From the NCBI GenBank assembly GCA_023411175.1, contig JAEYPB010000043.1:19324-83323 (forward strand): 64,000 bases of DNA, written 5' to 3'. Numbering within the stretch: the stretch's first letter is position 1; every line of letters begins with the position of its first letter. A program made the position numbers and the translations under genes. The notes under the pieces are model-generated. The model saw only the letters and a list, made by a program, of their open reading frames with translations. It was not told the origin of the DNA and searched no databases. Shown piece after piece: positions 53,954 to 62,778 of the stretch. Source of the DNA: Bacillota bacterium (lineage in GTDB: Bacteria; Bacillota; Clostridia; Christensenellales; Aristaeellaceae).

Positions 53954-55936
53954 TTACGCCCGCAAACCGAACCCGGCGCCCTTCGCGTCCTCGCGCAGCT
54001 TGAACTGGGCGGCCTGCTGCATCAGGTTTTCGGCCTGGCCGGTCAGCTCCTCGCTGGCGGCGGCGGCCTGTTGGGCGGTAGCGGAATTGGACTGTACCAC
54101 CTGCGAGACCTGCAGAATTCCCTGGTTGATCTGCGCGATGCCCGCAGCCTGTTCGCCGGAGGCGACGGAGATATCGCTCACCAGCTTCGCCGCCCTTTCG
54201 ACCTCTTCAACGATTTTTTTCAGTACCCGTGCGGTCTCGTCGGCGATCCTGCCGCCGGCCGTGACCTTGTTGATCGATTCTTCGATCATCCGCGTGATCT
54301 CTCCGGCAGCCTGGGCGGACTTGGCCGCGAGGGATCGGACCTCCTCCGCCACCACGGCGAAGCCCTTGCCGTGTTCCCCGGCCCGCGCAGCCTCCACCGC
54401 GGCGTTGAGCGATAGAATGTTGGTCTGGAATGCGATGTCGTCAATCACCTTGATGATGCCGGAGATTCCCTTCGAAGAGGCGTTGATGTCCTCCATCGCG
54501 GTGAGCAGCTTTTCCATCTGCCCGTTGCCGCTCTCAGCATCCTCCTTTGCCTTATCCGCCAGTTGGTTTGCTGCCGCCGCGTTGTCCGCGTTGACTTGGG
54601 TCTGCGCGGAGATCTGCTCCATCGAAGCGGTCAGTTCCTCAATGGAACTGGCCTGCTCGGTCGCCCCCTGGGCCAGCGCGACGGAGGAATCGGATATCTG
54701 CCGCGCGCCGGAATCCACCTGCTCGGCCGCGCTTCTCAGGTTTGCCAAGAGGCCGTTCATGTTGTCGTTGACGTCTCCCAGCGAGCGGAAGAGCATGCCC
54801 AGCTCGTCGGCATAGGGTGTCGTGATCACCTCGGAAAAATCGCCCTGCGCCTGCCGCCCGGCGATTTCAACCAGCTGCCTCAGTCTCCGGTTGATGACCT
54901 GTCTGACCGAAATCCCGATGGCGGCGAAGACGGTGAGAAGCGTCAGCGCGAACGCCGCGAGCATCACGAGCGCGTCCTTTGTCGATTCGGCCATAACCTC
55001 GCTCTGGGCGATCGCCACCTCGACCGACCAGGGCGTACTGGTATTGCCCAGATGAACGGGCAAAAAGGTGATCAGGCTCTGGACGCCACCGGTAAGCGCC
55101 GTTTCACCTTCGACGGTGAAGGTCTCCCCGGCCTTGATCGCCCGCAGCATCATCTCTGCGTCGCCCTGGTCAAGGGCGCTCTCGGCCAGGTTTGTGCCGG
55201 TCAACGCGGCATCGGCGTGGACGAGGAACGTGCCCGCGTTGGACAGGAGCGCAAAGCCCGCCGTTTCATAGTCTCCCTTTTCGAATTCCAGCGCGCCGAG
55301 CTGCTCAAGCGAAAGGTCCACGCCGGCCACACCCACCAGGGTGCCCTTGTTGTCCCGGATCGGGACGGCGAAGGATGTCATCGTGATCGATTCGCCGGTG
55401 TCAGTATCCACATAGGGCTCCAGCACCGTCTCTTCTCCGCTGGCAAAGGCGATCTGATAGTAGTCATTCGGTCTGGACTCTCCGGCGATCATTACCTGTG
55501 CCACGGTGCCGTTTTCCCAGACCCAGTAGGAATCGAAGCTGCCGTCCAACCCGTGGCCCATTTGGCCGGCGTACTGGGCGTCCAGCCCGTCCAGTGCGTT
55601 GGGTTCAAAAATCGCCCACGCGCCAAGGATGTCGGCGTTGCCTTCCGTCAGTTTTTTAATCATGGAATTGGCGACATCGCGCCGCACTTCTACCGGATAA
55701 TCCTGGTATCCCCCCAGCGCGGCGGAAAGCGCCCGCGCCGAGTGCAGCGCCGGGAGCATCCAGCTTTCAATCTGAGCGCCGCTCTGCTTTGCGAGCGCTT
55801 CGGCGCTGAAGTGCGCATTCTTCAGTTCGCGCTGCTGGCCGTCCAGATAGAGGAATCCAAACGCCGCGACCAGAAGGATGGCGACGACCGCCATGATTAC
55901 GAACATCAGTTTGGAAGCGAGTTTCATGGTTTTCAT
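53954..55936 (-). CDS. Methyl-accepting chemotaxis protein with a periplasmic Cache-like sensor, HAMP domain and MCP signalling domain
   Basis: N-terminal TM, an extracellular domain of about 280 aa, a second TM and a highly conserved MA domain (…AARAGEHGKGFAVVAEEVRSLA…). Confidence 0.85.
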   Translation of the reverse strand: MKTMKLASKLMFVIMAVVAILLVAAFGFLYLDGQQRELKNAHFSAEALAKQSGAQIESWMLPALHSARALSAALGGYQDYPVEVRRDVANSMIKKLTEGNADILGAWAIFEPNALDGLDAQYAGQMGHGLDGSFDSYWVWENGTVAQVMIAGESRPNDYYQIAFASGEETVLEPYVDTDTGESITMTSFAVPIRDNKGTLVGVAGVDLSLEQLGALEFEKGDYETAGFALLSNAGTFLVHADAALTGTNLAESALDQGDAEMMLRAIKAGETFTVEGETALTGGVQSLITFLPVHLGNTSTPWSVEVAIAQSEVMAESTKDALVMLAAFALTLLTVFAAIGISVRQVINRRLRQLVEIAGRQAQGDFSEVITTPYADELGMLFRSLGDVNDNMNGLLANLRSAAEQVDSGARQISDSSVALAQGATEQASSIEELTASMEQISAQTQVNADNAAAANQLADKAKEDAESGNGQMEKLLTAMEDINASSKGISGIIKVIDDIAFQTNILSLNAAVEAARAGEHGKGFAVVAEEVRSLAAKSAQAAGEITRMIEESINKVTAGGRIADETARVLKKIVEEVERAAKLVSDISVASGEQAAGIAQINQGILQVSQVVQSNSATAQQAAAASEELTGQAENLMQQAAQFKLREDAKGAGFGLRA

Positions 55937-56190
55937 TTTTGGGATACCCTCCTGTATCTTTGAGCCCGCGCAAAAAATAAAAACCCGGCACCTCCAAACC
56001 GTGCCGGTTTCTGTGCGGGGGCATCTATAAAACTATATCGGCGGTTTTCGACATCTTGTTAGCGCAGGGCTGGCTGTCCACAAAATATGGTTTTTCGCAG
56101 CATTTTGAGGATATTCTAGTCATATTTCGGCGGTAGGGCGCGAAAGTTTAGTGAAAAATTGAGAATTGTCGTAATATGGCAAAAAATCTA

Positions 56191-56218
56191 TTGACAGCCA
56201 GTCAGATTCCAGTATACT
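56191..56218 (+). promoter_or_regulatory. Sigma-A-like promoter of the flagellar (fla/che) operon: TTGACA, 16 bp, TATACT, with an A-rich UP-like tract upstream
   Basis: aaaaaatctaTTGACAgccagtcagattccagTATACT. Confidence 0.5.
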
Positions 56219-56236
56219 TAGCATATTAGTCAACAA

Positions 56237-56268
56237 TTATCCACAGGTTTCGCCACAGGTTATCCACA
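56237..56268 (+). promoter_or_regulatory. Two perfect DnaA-box consensus 9-mers (TTATCCACA) in direct orientation 23 bp apart, within a CCACAGGTT repeat, between the promoter and the flgB start
   Basis: caaTTATCCACAggtttcgccacaggTTATCCACAatc. Confidence 0.4.
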
Positions 56269-56308
56269 ATCAATGTCTGCGGTCATCTGGTGCGGAAAGG
56301 GGTACGGT

Positions 56309-56698
56309 ATGGGCGATTTTTTGAACAACGCCAGCATGGAGCTTCTCGAAAAGAAGCTGGACGCCGTATGGATGCGGCAGCAGGTGATCGCCGGAAACCT
56401 CGCCAACGCGGCGACGCCCGGTTACAAGAGCAAGTCTCTGGAGTTCGAATCGTTGCTGGAACGGCGCCTGTCCGGAAGCGGTGAAAGTGACCGTTCCGTC
56501 CTGGACGCGCTGAACCGGACGCAGCCGCAGGTCATCCGTCAGGAGGGCACCACCGCCCGGGAGGACGGCAACAACGTGGACCAGGAAAAGGAAAGCGTCG
56601 AAATGGTCCGGGCGCTGATCGAGTACAACTACCTGGTCAACTCGATGTCCTCCCAAATCAGCCGGATGAAATACGTCGTAACAGAGGGGCGTGGTTAG
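56309..56698 (+). CDS. flgB: Flagellar basal-body rod protein FlgB
   Basis: LDAVWMRQQVIAGNLANAATPGYK rod-protein N-motif. RBS GGAAAGGGG. Confidence 0.85.
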   Translation: MGDFLNNASMELLEKKLDAVWMRQQVIAGNLANAATPGYKSKSLEFESLLERRLSGSGESDRSVLDALNRTQPQVIRQEGTTAREDGNNVDQEKESVEMVRALIEYNYLVNSMSSQISRMKYVVTEGRG

Positions 56699-56700
56699 TG

Positions 56701-57138
56701 ATGGGCTTCCTGGATTCCCTCAACATCAGCGGCTCCGGCCTGACGGCGCAGAAGTACCGGATGGAGATCGTGGCCCAGAACCTGGCCAACGCCGATACCA
56801 CCCGCACAGAGGAAGGCGGCGCCTACCGGCGCAAGTTGGTGCTCTTGTCTGAGATCGGCTCCACGGGTACCTTTGCCCAGGCGCTTCGCAGCGCTTCGGG
56901 CAGCGCGCCCGGCGGCGTGCGCGTCACGGAGGTCGTAGACGACAACGACGATTTCAAGGTAGAGTACGATCCCACCCACCCCGACGCCAACGAGGACGGT
57001 TATGTGGAGCTCCCCAACGTGGACACCACCGAGGAAATGGTGGATATGATGAGTGCCTCCAGACACTACGAGGCCAACATCACCGCCTTCAACGCCATGA
57101 AGGACATGGCCTCAAGGGCGCTGGAGATCGGAAAATAA
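56701..57138 (+). CDS. flgC: Flagellar basal-body rod protein FlgC
   Basis: SGSGLTAQKYRMEIVAQNLANADTTRT and a C-terminal conserved rod motif. Confidence 0.9.
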   Translation: MGFLDSLNISGSGLTAQKYRMEIVAQNLANADTTRTEEGGAYRRKLVLLSEIGSTGTFAQALRSASGSAPGGVRVTEVVDDNDDFKVEYDPTHPDANEDGYVELPNVDTTEEMVDMMSASRHYEANITAFNAMKDMASRALEIGK

Positions 57139-57159
57139 CGGCAGAGCTGAGGTGTCGAG

Positions 57160-57462
57160 ATGACGATTGATCCCATCCAATTTGCGCAAATCACCGGCAG
57201 CATGCCGGGGGTTGAGCGCACTTCGCCGCTATCTTCCGGCGCGGTATCCTTTGAGAGCATGCTGCAGAAATCGGTCTCCCAGATCGCCGATACGCAGGCG
57301 ACCGTCCGTGATGACGTGATCAAGCTTGCCACCGGCAACACCGACGCGCTGCACTCGATCACCATCAACGCCGCCAAGGCGGACCTGGCCATCCAGACGA
57401 TGGTGACGGTGCGGAACAAGGCGCTTGACGCCTACAACGAGATAATGCGCATTACCCTCTAG
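57160..57462 (+). CDS. fliE: Flagellar hook-basal body protein FliE
   Basis: 100 aa. C-terminus LAIQTMVTVRNKALDAYNEIMRI is typical of FliE. Confidence 0.85.
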   Translation: MTIDPIQFAQITGSMPGVERTSPLSSGAVSFESMLQKSVSQIADTQATVRDDVIKLATGNTDALHSITINAAKADLAIQTMVTVRNKALDAYNEIMRITL

Positions 57463-57510
57463 GCGAAAGCGGGCCGCCGAACGGCTATTCTTGAGATGTA
57501 GAGGGGCAGC

Positions 57511-59163
57511 ATGGACGTATCGATTTCAGGACTCACCAAAAATCTCAGCGCCTACTTTCAGAAGATGAGCAACGGAAGAAAAATGGCGCTCGCCATCTCC
57601 GCGGCCATCCTGATCGTTGGTGCTGTTGTTCTTACAAAAGTCCTGGACAACGCTTCCTACACCGTACTGTACCGCGGCCTGGACGCGTCGGAAAGCGTCG
57701 AAATTGTCAACATGCTGGATTCCTCCGGCGTCAACTACCGCATTGAAAGCGACGGCACGATCCTGGTGCCCCGCACCAGTGAGGCGATGCTCAAGATGCA
57801 GCTCGCCGCGGAGGGCTTCCCGAGCAGCACCCTCGGGTACGATGTCTTCACCAGCCAGTCGGACTTAATGACCACCGACTACGAAAAAAAACAGTACCTG
57901 ATCTTCCAGCTGCAGGATAGGCTCCAAGCATCCCTCAAGACGCTCTCCGGCGTCAGGGATGCCATCGTTACGTTGAACGTGGCGGACTCGAGCGCCTACG
58001 TGCTCAAATCCCAGGCCACCCAATCCTCCGCCGCGGTGGTTCTTGATCTGTACCCCTACGCGGACCTGGGCAAAAAGCAGATCAGGGGCATCGAGGAACT
58101 GGTGGCCAAGAGCGTCCCGGGGCTTACACGGGAAAACGTCATCATCGTCGACGGCGACGGCACGGTGCTCAACGAAGCGGGCGGCGACTACGGCGCGGAC
58201 CTGGCGGGCTCCCAAATGGAGGCCGTCAACCAGATCAACGCCCTCTACGAGGACAAGATCGCCAAATTCCTGGAGCCCGTCTTCGGCAGCGACGGCGTCA
58301 GCGTGTCGGTCAACGTGAAGATGAGCTTCAAGCAGAAAAACACCCAGCAAACCACTTACACCCCCGTAGTGGGCGATACCAGCGGCATCCTTTCCCGGCA
58401 GCAGGTCGACCGGCAGTCCACAAACGGCGCCACGCTGAGCGGCGGCGTCGCGGGCACCGAATCGAATGTTGGCGTTCCTTCCTATCAGAATGAGAACAAT
58501 GACGAAGAAGGAGGAAACGACGGCAGCGCCAGCGAAAGCTATACCAATGAATTCCTGGTCAATCAGGTGGTCGAGAGCGCGCTGGACAATGGCGGCCAGA
58601 TCGAGGACATGACGGTGTCCATGATGATCAACAGCCGCGAACTCGCCGCCGAGACGCTGGAAAAGTACCGCGAAATGGTGGCCTACGGCGTCGGCATTCC
58701 GACGGACAAGGTGTTCATCACCTATGCGGAATTCCTGGCCAAGCCGGAGACGCCGGTGTTCACCGATTCCGGCCAGATCGCAACCTCCGGCCAGTCCCTG
58801 CTGGGCCTTCTGCCCATGGACGTTCTGATCTACGGCGGCATTGGGCTGGGCGTGCTGATCCTGCTGCTCATCCTCCTCCTGATCCTGCGCAACAAGGCCC
58901 GCAAGCGGCGCTCACCGGCCAGGCCCGCGGCAGCCATCGGCGCGGAGGATCTGCCGGACGAAGACGAAGAATACGAAGAGGGCAAGGAGGGCGAACGGCC
59001 GGTAAGCCGCGGGCCCAGGAAGGGCCCCATCCCGGGCGAGATCGTGCTCAGCGAGACCCGTGAGCAGGGCCTCAAGCGCCAGGTCAAGGAATTCGCCGCC
59101 GTCAACCCCGAAATCGTCGCGCAGCTGCTGAGATCCTGGATGAAGGAGGACAACGCCAAGTGA
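57511..59163 (+). CDS. fliF: Flagellar M-ring protein FliF
   Basis: 550 aa with N- and C-terminal TM segments and YscJ/FliF domains. Confidence 0.9.
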   Translation: MDVSISGLTKNLSAYFQKMSNGRKMALAISAAILIVGAVVLTKVLDNASYTVLYRGLDASESVEIVNMLDSSGVNYRIESDGTILVPRTSEAMLKMQLAAEGFPSSTLGYDVFTSQSDLMTTDYEKKQYLIFQLQDRLQASLKTLSGVRDAIVTLNVADSSAYVLKSQATQSSAAVVLDLYPYADLGKKQIRGIEELVAKSVPGLTRENVIIVDGDGTVLNEAGGDYGADLAGSQMEAVNQINALYEDKIAKFLEPVFGSDGVSVSVNVKMSFKQKNTQQTTYTPVVGDTSGILSRQQVDRQSTNGATLSGGVAGTESNVGVPSYQNENNDEEGGNDGSASESYTNEFLVNQVVESALDNGGQIEDMTVSMMINSRELAAETLEKYREMVAYGVGIPTDKVFITYAEFLAKPETPVFTDSGQIATSGQSLLGLLPMDVLIYGGIGLGVLILLLILLLILRNKARKRRSPARPAAAIGAEDLPDEDEEYEEGKEGERPVSRGPRKGPIPGEIVLSETREQGLKRQVKEFAAVNPEIVAQLLRSWMKEDNAK

Positions 59164-60173
59164 AGCCAAAGGCAAAAAACAGTGAATCCGTTCGCAAGGC
59201 CGCAACGGTGATTCTGTCGCTCGGCGTCGAACAAGCCTCCCGGGTATTCAAGTACCTCAAGCCCGAGGAGATCGAGCAGATCACGTTGCAGATCGCCACG
59301 CTCGAAAACCTGTCCTCGCTGGCCGTCGAGGCCACGATGGAGGAGTTCTACAACCTGTGCGTCGCGCAGAAGTACATCACCGAGGGCGGCATCGAATACG
59401 CAAAGGCCATTCTGGAGAAGACGATGGGCATGTCGGGCGCGGCCGGTGTCATCGAAAAGATCACCCGTTCGCTGCAGAGCAAAGCCTTCAGCTTCCTCGG
59501 AGAGGCCGACCCGAAGCACCTGCTGAGCCTGATCCAGAACGAGCATCCGCAGACCATCGCGCTGATTCTGGCCCACTGCCCGGCCGACCAGGCGGCGGAA
59601 ATTCTCAGCGAGCTCCCCGCCAGCATCCAGATGGACGTAGCCAGCCGCATCGCCACCATGGACGCCACCTCCCCGGAGGCGATACGAGACGTGGAGCGCA
59701 TCATCGAGCACAAGCTGTCGGTCAGCGAATCCATTGGCTTTGCCGAGATCGGCGGCACCAAGTACATGGCGAGCATCCTGAACCTCGTCGACCGCAGCAC
59801 CGAGAAGTACATTATGGACGAGCTGTTCCGGCAGGACCCCAAGCTGGCGGAGGAGATCCGCAACCGCATGTTCGTCTTCGAGGACATTGCCTCTCTCGAC
59901 GCGGTGTTCGTCCAGCGGTTCCTGCAGGATGCAAACAGCAACGATCTGCTCATCGCCCTCAAGGGCTGCAGCAAGGACATCGCGGACGTGTTCTACGCCA
60001 ACATGTCCACCCGCCTCAAGCAGACCCTGGAGGAAGAAGCCAAGTACCTGCACGGCGTGAAGCTCTCGCAGGTTGAGGAGGCGCAGCAGAAGCTGGTTGC
60101 GCTCGTGCGTTCGCTTGAAGAGGCCGGTGAGATCAGCATCACCCGCGGGCGAAAGGATGAGTTGATTGTCTAG
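59160..60173 (+). CDS. fliG: Flagellar motor switch protein FliG
   Basis: 337 aa with FliG middle and C-terminal motifs (…LLIALKGCSKD…). Confidence 0.9.
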   Translation: MKPKAKNSESVRKAATVILSLGVEQASRVFKYLKPEEIEQITLQIATLENLSSLAVEATMEEFYNLCVAQKYITEGGIEYAKAILEKTMGMSGAAGVIEKITRSLQSKAFSFLGEADPKHLLSLIQNEHPQTIALILAHCPADQAAEILSELPASIQMDVASRIATMDATSPEAIRDVERIIEHKLSVSESIGFAEIGGTKYMASILNLVDRSTEKYIMDELFRQDPKLAEEIRNRMFVFEDIASLDAVFVQRFLQDANSNDLLIALKGCSKDIADVFYANMSTRLKQTLEEEAKYLHGVKLSQVEEAQQKLVALVRSLEEAGEISITRGRKDELIV

Positions 60174-60906
60174 ACTTGTCAAGGGCCACTGTGTCCGCCT
60201 GGAGTCCGAGAGCTACGTTTACCACGTCCCGGCGCCGTACCTGAGCGCGGAGGCCGCGAGAAACGCCTCCCTCGAAGAGGATCAGGCGCGCTTCGCCGCC
60301 CAGGAAGCGGAAACCCGGAAGGCGCGGGAACTCATGATGCACGCCGAGCAGTTTTCGGCCGATACCCGAGAGCGTGCGCTCCGGGAGGCCGAACGCCTGC
60401 GCGAACAGGCGCGCCGGGAGGGATACCAGAAGGGCTTGGAGCAGGGCCGGTTTCAGGCTCAGGCCGAAAACGAAAAGACGCTGGAACAGCTGACGGCGCT
60501 GATGGCGTCCCTGGATCAGGGGCGCGAGGCACAGATCGAAGCGTATCAGCAGCAGATGATCGATCTAGCGCTGGACATCGCCCGCAAGGTGGTCGGCGCA
60601 AAGGTCGAGCAGGATGACGAAGCCTTCACCGCCATCTTCAAGCGAGCCGTCGAGGGGATGCGCGGCCAGAAGATCGTCAAAATCAGCGTCTCCGGTCACG
60701 AAGCGGAGTTTGTCACCGCCCACGCCGACTACCTGCTTCAGATGGTGCAGGACGCCGAGAAACTGGAAGTTCAGGTTCTCGAGGACGCCGCGCCCGGCAC
60801 GCTGATCGTGGACACAGACGATGTGGTGATCGACGCCAGCGCCCAGAAGCAGCTGGAAGTGCTCGTTCAGGCGGTCGAAGACGCTCGGTACGTCCGCAAC
60901 AGCTAG
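60166..60906 (+). CDS. fliH: Flagellar assembly protein FliH (FliI regulator)
   Basis: Position in the operon, the Glu/Arg/Ala-rich coiled coil and a TTG start overlapping the fliG stop. Confidence 0.7.
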   Translation: MSRLVKGHCVRLESESYVYHVPAPYLSAEAARNASLEEDQARFAAQEAETRKARELMMHAEQFSADTRERALREAERLREQARREGYQKGLEQGRFQAQAENEKTLEQLTALMASLDQGREAQIEAYQQQMIDLALDIARKVVGAKVEQDDEAFTAIFKRAVEGMRGQKIVKISVSGHEAEFVTAHADYLLQMVQDAEKLEVQVLEDAAPGTLIVDTDDVVIDASAQKQLEVLVQAVEDARYVRNS

Positions 60907-62247
60907 TTGCGCGCAGTGCGTTCGGTGGGAGGGTTGGGCTTGGTATTTGACTTCTGCCGTCAGGCCGTGCGAAGGGTGGAGCCCATCCAGCGCAACGGCA
61001 AGATTGACCAGATCATCGGCATGGTGATTGAGAGCACCGGGCCGGTGGTGGACATCGGCACGATTTGCCGCGTATACGACGCGAAGCAATCCTCCTGGAC
61101 CTATGCGGAGGCCGTCGGCTTCAAGGGGAACCGGGTACTGCTGATGCCCTTTGGCGACCTGAACGGCGTGGTTCGCGGCAGCGTGGTGGAGTCGACCGGA
61201 GACGTGCTGAAAATCCCCGTCGGCGAAGGCCTCGTCGGCCGCGTGATCGACGGCTTCGGAAACCCCATTGACAACGCGGGTCCCATCCGCTGCGACCGGC
61301 ACTACGCCGTTCAGAACCTGCCCAGCAACCCCCTCTCCCGCCCTCGGATCGACGAAAGGCTCTTCATCGGCGTCCGGGCGATCGATTCGCTCCTCACCTG
61401 CGGCAAGGGGCAGCGCATGGGCATCTTCGCGGGCAGCGGCGTGGGCAAGAGCACGCTCCTTGGCATGATGCTTCGAAACGTCGCCGCCGACGTCAACGTG
61501 GTCGCGCTGGTGGGCGAGCGGGGCCGCGAGGTTCGGGACTTCATCGAGAAGGACCTCCAAAAGGAGGGCATGGGCCGTTCGGTTCTGGTGGTCGCCACAA
61601 GTGACCAGTCCGCCATGATGCGGCTCAAGTGCGCGATGACCGCCACCACCATCGCCGAGTACTTTCGGGATCAGGGCAAAGACGTGCTCCTCGTCATGGA
61701 CTCCCTCACCCGCTTCGCAATGGCTCAGCGCGAGATCGGCCTGGCCATCGGCGAACCGCCGGTGGCGCGGGGCTACACGCCCTCGCTGTACGCGATGCTG
61801 CCAAAGCTCCTCGAGCGCTCCGGCAAGTTCACGACGGGTTCCATCACCGGCTTCTACACGGTGCTGGTGGAGGGCGACGACACCAACGAGCCCATCTCCG
61901 ACACCGTGCGCGGCATCCTCGACGGCCACATCGTACTGTCTCGCTCACTGGCGATGCGCAACCAGTACCCGGCCATCGACATCCTCGCCTCCATCAGCCG
62001 CCTGATGAACGAGATCGCGCCTCAGGATCATCTGCAGATGGCGTCCACGCTGCGCTCGGTGCTGTCGGCTTACTACGAAAACGCCGACCTGATCTCGATC
62101 GGCGCCTACAAGGCGGGCACGAATCCCAAAATCGACCACGCCATCTCCAACATCGACAAGATCAATACCTTCCTCCGGCAGGAGATCAACGAAAAACTGA
62201 CCTTTGAAGAGACCATCCGGCAGATGCAGAAGGTCGCGGGCAAGTAA
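60907..62247 (+). CDS. fliI: Flagellum-specific ATPase FliI
   Basis: Walker A GSGVGKST and Walker B VLLVMDSLTRFA. F1/T3SS ATPase family. The real start may be the TTG near 60940, which follows GGGAGGG. Confidence 0.9.
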   Translation: MRAVRSVGGLGLVFDFCRQAVRRVEPIQRNGKIDQIIGMVIESTGPVVDIGTICRVYDAKQSSWTYAEAVGFKGNRVLLMPFGDLNGVVRGSVVESTGDVLKIPVGEGLVGRVIDGFGNPIDNAGPIRCDRHYAVQNLPSNPLSRPRIDERLFIGVRAIDSLLTCGKGQRMGIFAGSGVGKSTLLGMMLRNVAADVNVVALVGERGREVRDFIEKDLQKEGMGRSVLVVATSDQSAMMRLKCAMTATTIAEYFRDQGKDVLLVMDSLTRFAMAQREIGLAIGEPPVARGYTPSLYAMLPKLLERSGKFTTGSITGFYTVLVEGDDTNEPISDTVRGILDGHIVLSRSLAMRNQYPAIDILASISRLMNEIAPQDHLQMASTLRSVLSAYYENADLISIGAYKAGTNPKIDHAISNIDKINTFLRQEINEKLTFEETIRQMQKVAGK

Positions 62248-62260
62248 CCGCGGAGGCCAA

Positions 62261-62707
62261 ATGAAGCGATACGAATTCGGACTGCAAAAGGTGCTCGATT
62301 ACGACCGGTTTATCCAGAAGAACGAAGCCGATGCGATGAGTCTGTTGCAGGCCGAGTATCTGGAGATGAAGCAGCGGCATGACGCGCTGACCGGTGAATA
62401 CCTGGAACTCAAGCGGCAGTATCAGCTGGACTGCGAAAACGGCCAGAACGCCGGTCGGGCCGCCGCCACGGGCCGATACATTATGGAGGTTTCGCAGCGG
62501 CTCGTTCAGAGCCGCGCCCAGCTGATCGAGCAGTCGAACCGCATCGAGGCACAGCGGGAGAAGCTGGTGGCCGTCACTCAGGACAAAGAGATGATCGAGA
62601 AGCTGCGCGCCCACTCCTGGGAGAGCTACCTCGCAGCCGAGCGAAAGAGCAACGAACTGTTCATCGAGGACTTCCTGTCCAACAAGGCCGCCCACTCGAA
62701 GGCCTGA
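62261..62707 (+). CDS. fliJ: Flagellar export protein FliJ
   Basis: Coiled-coil protein of about 148 aa in the canonical position. RBS GGAGG. Confidence 0.7.
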   Translation: MKRYEFGLQKVLDYDRFIQKNEADAMSLLQAEYLEMKQRHDALTGEYLELKRQYQLDCENGQNAGRAAATGRYIMEVSQRLVQSRAQLIEQSNRIEAQREKLVAVTQDKEMIEKLRAHSWESYLAAERKSNELFIEDFLSNKAAHSKA

Positions 62708-62778
62708 CGGACACCGAAGATAAATCGTTCCGACCCCTCGCATCACGGAAAAAGGGTCCTTCGAAAGGGGTGAACCGA

